From positions 65,363,625 to 65,395,871 of the forward strand of contig NC_068986.1 in assembly GCF_001194135.2 (NCBI RefSeq): a stretch of 32,247 nt of DNA, read 5' to 3'. Source of the stretch: Octopus bimaculoides. Lineage: Eukaryota. The notes beneath the pieces were generated by a model. That model was not told where the DNA came from and searched no databases. It saw only the letters and a program-made list of their open reading frames with translations. Made by a program: the position numbers and the translations under genes. The stretch's first letter is position 1; each line of letters starts with the position of its first letter. This document shows, in pieces, positions 24,238-32,247 of the stretch.

Positions 24238-25294
24238 CCTTACAAATACTATCTGAAAGCAGAACAGAAAAATATTCTAGACTTTTCTCATAATCAACTT
24301 GTGAAATTGTATTTATTATCTGCATTCCAACAATGGAGCTTTCTATCCTTTTTAGAAACCAGCTCCTGTATTACAGGAAGAGCTCAAATAACTACAAATA
24401 CATATATGAGTAGATAGATCAATATATATAGACATACATAAATACAAACATTCATACATACCATGAGGCAAAATATATCCGTACTGTCGGTATATATANN
24501 NNNNNNNNNNNNNNNNNNNNNNNNNNNNNNNNNNNNNNNNNNNNNNNNNNNNNNNNNNNNNNNNNNNNNNNNNNNNNNNNNNNNNNNNNNNNNNNNNNNN
24601 NNNNNNNNNNNNNNNNNNNNNNNNNNNNNNNNNNNNNNNNNNNNNNNNNNNNNNNNNNNNNNNNNNNNNNNNNNNNNNNNNNNNNNNNNNNNNNNNNNNN
24701 NNNNNNNNNNNNNNNNNNNNNNNNNNNNNNNNNNNNNNNNNNNNNNNNNNNNNNNNNNNNNNNNNNNNNNNNNNNNNNNNNNNNNNNNNNNNNNNNNNNN
24801 NNNNNNNNNNNNNNNNNNNNNNNNNNNNNNNNNNNNNNNNNNNNNNNNNNNNNNNNNNNNNNNNNNNNNNNNNNNNNNNNNNNNNNNNNNNNNNNNNNNN
24901 NNNNNNNNNNNNNNNNNNNNNNNNNNNNNNNNNNNNNNNNNNNNNNNNNNNNNNNNNNNNNNNNNNNNNNNNNNNNNNNNNNNNNNNNNNNNNNNNNNNN
25001 NNNNNNNNNNNNNNNNNNNNNNNNNNNNNNNNNNNNNNNNNNNNNNNNNNNNNNNNNNNNNNNNNNNNNNNNNNNNNNNNNNNNNNNNNNNNNNNNNNNN
25101 NNNNNNNNNNNNNNNNNNNNNNNNNNNNNNNNNNNNNNNNNNNNNNNNNNNNNNNNNNNNNNNNNNNNNNNNNNNNNNNNNNNNNNNNNNNNNNNNNNNN
25201 NNNNNNNNNNCATACATACATACATACATACATACATACATACATACATACATACATACATACATACGTACATACATATATATATGGATATGAT

Positions 25295-25493
25295 TGTGTG
25301 TCTGTGTTCGTTCCCCCACCATCACTTGACAATCGATGTTGGTGTGTTTAAGTCTCCGTGACTTAGCGGTTCGGCAAAGAAACCAATAGTCTAAGTACTA
25401 GGCTAACAGAGAATAACCCTTGGGGTCGATTTGTTCGACTAAAGGCGGTGCTCTAGCATGGCCGCAGTTAAATGATTGAAGCAAATAAAATAA
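25295..25493 (+). mobile_element. SINE module B, best-preserved copy
   Basis: 'gtgtctgtgttcgttcccccaccatcacttgacaatcgatgttggtgtg...cttagcggttcggcaaag...taagtactaggc...tggggtcgatttgttcgactaaaggcggtgctctagcatggccgcag'. Confidence 0.85.
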
Positions 25494-27065
25494 TATATAT
25501 GTGTATACGTGTGTATATATATGTCTATATATATGTATATGCATATAAATATATATGTGTGTATATATATCTATATATATCTATATATATATATCTATAT
25601 ATATCTATATATATATATCTATACATATATATACATACATTTATGTACCTTTATAGGTACATGCTTGTATATACGCTCACGCGCGCGAGTGTATGTGTGT
25701 GTGCTACAAGAGACTGTATTCCACATTTCAGTTCAAATATTCGGTATGAATCGATATTTAGCTTCCTTTCCCTTCTTTCTAATAAAGTTACAACCGACGG
25801 ATTGGCGTCCTTATCCAGATGAATAGTTATTTGTAATCTGATTAGCACTGCGGAAAACAACATTTAGATCCACGACAATGGCTCCTAATTATTTGTGATA
25901 CAGTAAACATTTTAATAATGCTACTTGAGATATATCTCCCACGTTTCATCCAGCGCACTCTCCTATAAATGTTTAAACCAATATTTAGCTGTTAGACATA
26001 ATCCGCCGCTCAGTTTGGCATCACCACCAGCATCTGATCATGGAATCTCTTTAACAGAATCCAAATCTGTTGCAACAAGCATTCTATCTTGGCCATTCGT
26101 CTGGTGATAATTCATACCCGCCCCTTTTTTTTTTTACCTTATCCTTAAAAAGCTTCTGTGATCCATAAAAAGACTGACTATGAATGTCGTGGGTAATGTC
26201 TTTCTTCGTTGACTAACAGCATCTCCAAAAAAACAAAACAAAACAAAAGATATGAAAAAAAGGTTAGGGTTATTTTGTGCACATTTCAAACTAATAGCAA
26301 AGCACAAATATTTGCGCACTCTCATGTTAGCGAGGCACTATTCGTATAGAGCGACCCGCTATTATTTGTGAACGTCAAAGCAACTGTGTTGAACCAATTT
26401 TGACAAGAAAGCGAAGCAAAGACCTGAATTACATGCAGTTTGGAACTTGCGCTGCACAGCAGAGAAACAAGGCTGTTCGTATTGAATCTCAGATCAGACC
26501 TGGTTAAGTAGTCCGAGGTTTTCCAGATGTGGCCTTCATGTCTAATACATATTCGTGTTCAAAAATATCCCGCGTTCTTCCATTTTTCACAGTCAGTGTT
26601 GTTGGTCGAGGATGATAGCTGCTATTTTCAGCGGGTTGCGCCAAGTGCAGTGTTTTAAAATAAAATATTTCAGTGTAATGAAATTTCTATGAATACATTG
26701 TTACACTTATTTCTAATAGAAATAAAGTGGTACATGCATGCAAATTTACGTTCATAAAAATCATCATACGTATCTACATACATACATACATACATACGCA
26801 CATATGCATACACATGCACACACACATACATATCTACGTAGTAGCTATATGTTTCCCATGAGGCTTGTTGTACTTGCTACCTCCTGCAAAGTCATACAAT
26901 GCTGACCATATTTCTGATGGATTGCTCTGCTGAAAGGAATAAAGGCAACAAAAACACATAATACATTCACAAATTTATTAATAAAGAATAATCGTGGAAC
27001 GTTCCAATAGAAAATATCTACCCATCCTCAGGGACAGTATTAACGTTCTTTAGCTTTTGTGTCCG

Positions 27066-27066
<1 letters not shown>

Positions 27067-27136
<70 letters not shown>
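27067..27136. repeat. (CA)n microsatellite
   Basis: Direct reading. Confidence 0.95.
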
Positions 27137-27140
<4 letters not shown>

Positions 27141-27488
27141 TATATACATACATATATTATTTATTGAAATCAGCTGTCCCAACAGATGTAAATGTCAGGT
27201 CCAATGTGGAGGCAGACAAATTACTACATACGAAAACTATTGCTGCTTATATTCTAATTAAAGATTCCTATTTATATATGCAATCATCTGTGTATTTGAC
27301 TATATAATAACATGCTTACATTGTACCGAGAAATGTTTGGTTTCTCAAAGGAAGACCAAATGGGGAAAAAAAATCAGATTAAAGATGACGGCTGACTCGA
27401 AATTCTGTAGAGAAAATTCATTAACGAAAAATTTATATATATATAAAATTTATAAATTTATATAGAATTCCTGAAAAACCGTTTGTCT

Positions 27489-27530
<42 letters not shown>

Positions 27531-27636
27531 TAAACATACATACACATATATGTACGTTTATACATATATGAATGCATAGAGAGAAAATAAGACATTGGGA
27601 GAGAGATAAATACACGTATGTGCATCCGTTCATACG

Positions 27637-28468
27637 TACGTGGTCTGATCAATATGCACTTAGGGTGAAGCCGCTTGACAAAGATTGACCTTGAACTCTG
27701 CTGTGCATGCGCATTAAGTTTTAACATTTTAGCTTACTTCCGCTGTTTACAGCAGTGCTTGGAAAGAACGTGTGTAGCGTGTTGTTGTCGTATTAACCAT
27801 GACAAAGTTGAGCAGAGAATCTGTATCAAATTCTGCCTAAAGCTTGGCGACACCTGCTCAGAGGCCTACGCAAAGTTTTCATTGTTCTCAATACAACCAA
27901 GAGATTTTGTGTAACGGAAACCCGAGTGTCAGTTTGGTCAGCTGAAAGTAGTTTTGACAAACTTGGCTGACACGCGTCTCATACCCGAAACTTCAGTGAT
28001 AATGGACTGAACTGAACCGCAACTAATCTGCACATCCTCTGATAACTCACGGATGGTGATTCAACGATCTCCCCTCACAACTGCACACACTTCTGCAGAT
28101 ATCTATCTCAGTTCTGCTGGTTGAGTGTCTCCTAGAACGTTTGTAAATATTGATTGTTTTTGCCATCTTGGAAACGCCTGAACCACTCATACACTTGTGT
28201 GCGGGTTATATACTCCTCTCCATACACTTTCTTCAACTTTACATAGGCCTCTGAGCAGGTATTGCCATGAAAGCTTTCTCTGTCCTGGTCAATGCGACGA
28301 TCACTCTCTACACACCTTCTTTCCAAGCACTGCTGTAAAGAGAACGTGAAAACTTATTGCACATGCACAACAGTGTTCAAGGTCAGTCTTTGCCAAGCGG
28401 CTTCACTTTGTATGCTTTAGCTTTGTTACTATTTCAGCAGTACGGATACTTATTGATCAGATCTCGTA
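27637..28468. mobile_element. Non-autonomous fold-back mariner (irritans-like): two 5' ends in inverted orientation, TA-flanked
   Basis: Left TA-CGTGGTCTGATCAATA, right reverse TA-CGAGATCTGATCAATAAG. The plus arm encodes ...KVEQRICIKFCLKLGDTCSEAYAK; the minus arm encodes TCSEAYVKLKKVYGEEYITRTQVYEWFRRFQDG ... VVRGDR*ITIRELSEDVQISCGSVQSIITEVSGMRRVSAKFV. No DDD catalytic domain. Confidence 0.9.
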
Positions 28469-28616
28469 CATACATATGAACGTCTATGGAAATGCACGCA
28501 TACATCTGTACCTATCCAGGTACGACCATGTGTGCACGTGTGCTTCTGTGAGGTGGTGGATACAAGCAGTACAAAAAGAAATCAGAATGAATGCAATAGG
28601 CACTGCCGTGTCTTCT

Positions 28617-28788
28617 ATTTAATCCTTTCTGCTATAAGCACAAGGTCAGAAATTTTGGGGGAGGGGTGCGCAACTGGCACTTATTTTATCAACCCTGAAA
28701 ATGAAAAGCAAAGACGACCTTGGCAGAATTTAAGCTCGGAACGTAAAGGCAGACAAAATACCGCGAACGATTCTGCCAGCACGCCACC
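28617..28788 (-). mobile_element. tRNA-derived SINE, family A
   Basis: Reverse complement 'ggtggcgtgctggcagaatcgttc...aaattctgccaaggtcgtctttgcttttcattttcagggttgataaaataagtgccag...caaaatttctgaccttgtgc...agaaaggatt' is colinear with 77-286. Confidence 0.85.
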
Positions 28789-29066
28789 AGAGTGACATCT
28801 ATTTAATAGAAAATAAAATTAGCTGTTCACAAGACTATATATATATAGTATTGAAGTTTACAAATATGTAGGCAGATTGCACATAATCAAATAGACAGGT
28901 ACAACGCTCCTTAATTAATTTTTAGTAAATTAGTAAATGATGTGTATAACGTGATAATTATAAAAGAATATGTCGTTAATTAATATTATTTTTAAAGCAT
29001 TAAAATGAATAAGTGTATATTTTATACTAAACTTTTCAATTACATGTACGTGAATTATATACATAT

Positions 29067-29325
29067 ATGCATGTAAGCGTATGTATGCGTGTGTGTGTGC
29101 GTGCATGTGGGTGTAGTGTGTTTGTGTGTGTGTGTGCGTGTGCGTGTGTGTGTGCATGTGTGTGTAGTGTGTGTGTGTATGTATTTGTGTGTATGCATTT
29201 GTGTGTGTGTATATATAGATATGTGTGTGTGTCTGTGTGTATATGTGTGTCTGTGTGTATATGTGTGTGTGCGTGCGTGTGTCTGTGTGTGCGTCTGTGT
29301 GTGTATAGCGAGGAGAATTGACCGG
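29067..29325. repeat. Long degenerate (TG)n low-complexity tract
   Basis: Direct reading. Confidence 0.9.
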
Positions 29326-32247
29326 AATGCTGTTATTACAGTTTTCAACCCCAAAATATGTAAGGCAAGCTTAACAACACTGGGATTTAAAAGCAAGTAG
29401 CCGAATTGTGTACCGCAATATATGATGGTAGTCTCCTGTAGTCCGATAAAGACGTTTCAGCCATTTCTTCTTGAACAATATGCACAAATGATTCGTCTAT
29501 TGTGATCAAATGTTTGATCACCAGGAATTGAGGATCGAGAAAAGTAATATATGCTCTTCTCATGCATACGTGACTTTTGTCGACGAAATTTCAGTCACGC
29601 AACGAAAGTCAACCAATGGTTACGGTAAAAGACAGTTACGTAAGTTGGCTCATAATATGGCCAAATTTGGAACCACGTGGTTACAGCCATTTCTGCACAC
29701 TTCCCCTTTTCTTCATAAGCCTAGTATATATAATCAACATGTATGTGTGTGTGTATGGACAAACATTCATGCATACATTCATGCATACTGACGCATACAT
29801 ATATACATACATACTGACACATGCATATTTACCTACATACTGACACATACATACATATATACATACATATATACTGACATATGTATATGTGTGTATAGGG
29901 TTACATGCGCGCACGTTCGTGTTTGTGCGCGCTAGTATGAGCATGAAGGAGTAAAGTGGAAGTAAAATATATATTATAATTTATTAGAAGCTCAAACTTC
30001 ATAAATTGTTACTCAGAGTTTCTCATTTCCCATCTTCTTCACAGAAATGAAAAATGTAACATAAGGCATATATTTAAAAGAGTAGAAATGGGAGTATTTA
30101 ATGACTCAGTAAACTTTGACTGGATAAGGACATTGAGGCGAAATATTCTTACTGGCTGACTATTTCTACATTGTACACAAAGCGATATATTAGAAGCAGG
30201 GATGAGATGGAATTGCGCTAGTAAGAGTGGAAAAGAAATCAAAGAGAAAAGAAAGAAATGAGAGTACATGAAACGGAAAATAATAAAAGGTAATAAAAAA
30301 AACGCGCATTAAAAATGCGTTAATAAAAGTCATTGTATCAAAATATGTAAATGTAAAGAGGGAAAGGAAGCTACGTTTAATGAAATGAGGCGACAATGAG
30401 AAAGAAATTGTTTAAAAAGAACATATATTTTTAAAAGTGATTATTTCAGTGTGAAATGAGAGTTAGCAGTGTAGCCAAACAATATGGAAGAGGTGGTCGC
30501 AAAGTGTAAAAAGTGATTTAATTAAAATATTTAGCTTAGTGAAGCAAGTAATAGGGAGTATATAACAGCAAATGTAGTAAGAAGAAAATATGGCCGGAGG
30601 ATATTCAAATATCAAACCTTCCGAAAGAGGCATGGAATAAAATAGCAAAGTAGATATTTAGAAGCCTATCTACAAGAGTTTAGATGTTCAGATCATGCGA
30701 TTAACGCACGTGCGTTTTAAAAAGAATACGTTTCCGTTCAGTACAGCAAAAGTACATCTATAAAGATTGGAATCAACTGTACTGGTACTGATCCACGTAG
30801 GATGGAATCTTTTCTATAAGTGACATAATACGGTTCCTGCCCCTTGTAATTTCTTTTTTCTTTGCTGATTTGCGAGCAACAATCTTATTCTCAGCCAATA
30901 AGAATTTTACTCTGTCATAATGTTATCAAATAAAAGATAGTCAAGTTATCAAAATATTTCAACGTTATCTCTTTTAATCATGTGTTTACATTCTTCCTTG
31001 GAAAGAGAATAAAAAATAAGAATACCTTCCAATAGTTTGTAGGTATGTGTGTGTGTTTGTGTGTGTGTCTGTTATGTGTGTGTGTGTTTGTTATGTGTGT
31101 GTGTGTACACACATTATGTATATAGGTGAACGTAGATGAGACATGTCATGTTTAACTGTTAGAAGAACATACAGGTTTCAATTGTCTCTGAGTTTGAAGA
31201 CTGTGCTTGCAAGAATAGACCGGTTCCGAGTTATAGTTCAGTATTTGGGTGTTAATAAAGAAAATCTCGGTACAGACATAATAGAGTTTAACTTTTCCTC
31301 GGTATATTTGCATATAGACTAACAGATTCCTATTAATTCTATATGGAGTATTCTTGATTTATTTTCTATATGCGTTTAAAGAGTGAAGTGTCATTTTTTC
31401 CCTATTTGGGTTGCGAAAAGAATGCATATCGGTTGTATCGATCGACCCTATAATTGTAAATGTGGTTGTAGTTGATAGAGTTCGTGATTACGGGTACACT
31501 GGAGATAATATTACTTGTAAAACAGTTTCTGTTTAGAAGGTAGGCTGAAGAGCTATTAGAGTTATGATTGTCAGTATTATGAGGACGATGCTGGTTACAT
31601 AAAGCCAAATAAAATATTCCTATAATAACTTTCAGTCAATCCATATTTTCCACATATTCTATTTTATTGCCTTTCCTATACAGTTAATTCACCGATTTAT
31701 CTTCATCACGGTTAACTATCATTTCATATAGTTTCGCCTACTTCCCGAAACACAACTATAGACTATATATAGCCCCCCACGCCAAAGAAAATCCCTAGTG
31801 TAGCACAGTGTAATGAAGGCAACCAAACCGAAACTACGAAGTCTGTCAACCTTTCCTCATAAAAGTTTAATAAAGACATACATGCATGCTCACATACGCA
31901 CACAGGTTAAAAATAACGAATAACAGACACATGCATCACTATTACAGATAAAATAACCTCAGAGAAATAATTAAAATTCATATAATTAATTGGTTCCTAA
32001 ATCACCCGATGTAATTAGATCGCACTGCTCTGTCCAGTAAGTCGGCATACGACATTGTGACCGTGAGCCGAATACCCTAATCACTACATTTATAATGCAT
32101 AATCTTTAATATGTATTGTGTGTGTGTGTTGTATATTAGCAGCATATACATGCATATGTGTGTGTAATCATACTCTGACTTCAAAAACGCTATGATGAAG
32201 TGTGATCGCAATCCGCTGTGATCGAGAAAAATATATACCAATTTTAT

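Noticed and set aside
707-25332. All ORFs over ~130 aa in the track (poly-X, IYIY, ERER, CVCV, HTHT)
   Set aside because: They are open only because of N-runs and stop-free di/tetranucleotide repeats; no protein family signal.
26060-26120. Minus-strand YH-QTNGQ-DRM resembling the Gypsy integrase YHPQTNGQxER motif
   Set aside because: Needs two codon deletions, and the downstream WEIYL lies about twice as far away as in integrases; no other integrase motifs or LTRs.
31400-31530. Zinc-finger-like 'MHIG..RPYNCKCG' and a 43-aa open frame
   Set aside because: Spacing does not fit C2H2, and stops occur in all frames before the nearby donor site.

Overview
Eukaryotic, AT-rich, microsatellite-saturated non-coding DNA (intergenic or deep intronic) from a draft assembly with 14 N-gaps (about 4.5 kb), nearly all at microsatellites. 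The SINE families and dense (TA)n/(CA)n/(CATA)n tracts look like an octopus (coleoid cephalopod) genome; this is recalled from memory, not database-checked. No intact protein-coding gene, rRNA, true tRNA or CRISPR array is supported, and the long ORFs in the track are artefacts of N-runs and simple repeats. The window holds at least three tRNA-derived SINE families, including a recurring composite of a CORE-type SINE head, an internal microsatellite and a second module. It also holds a Hsmar1-like mariner 3' remnant, a fold-back mariner built from two inverted 5' ends, a decayed Penelope-like retroelement (RT plus GIY-YIG) with hammerhead-like motifs, an RTE-like LINE 3' end, and an isolated ~128-bp near-perfect hairpin.
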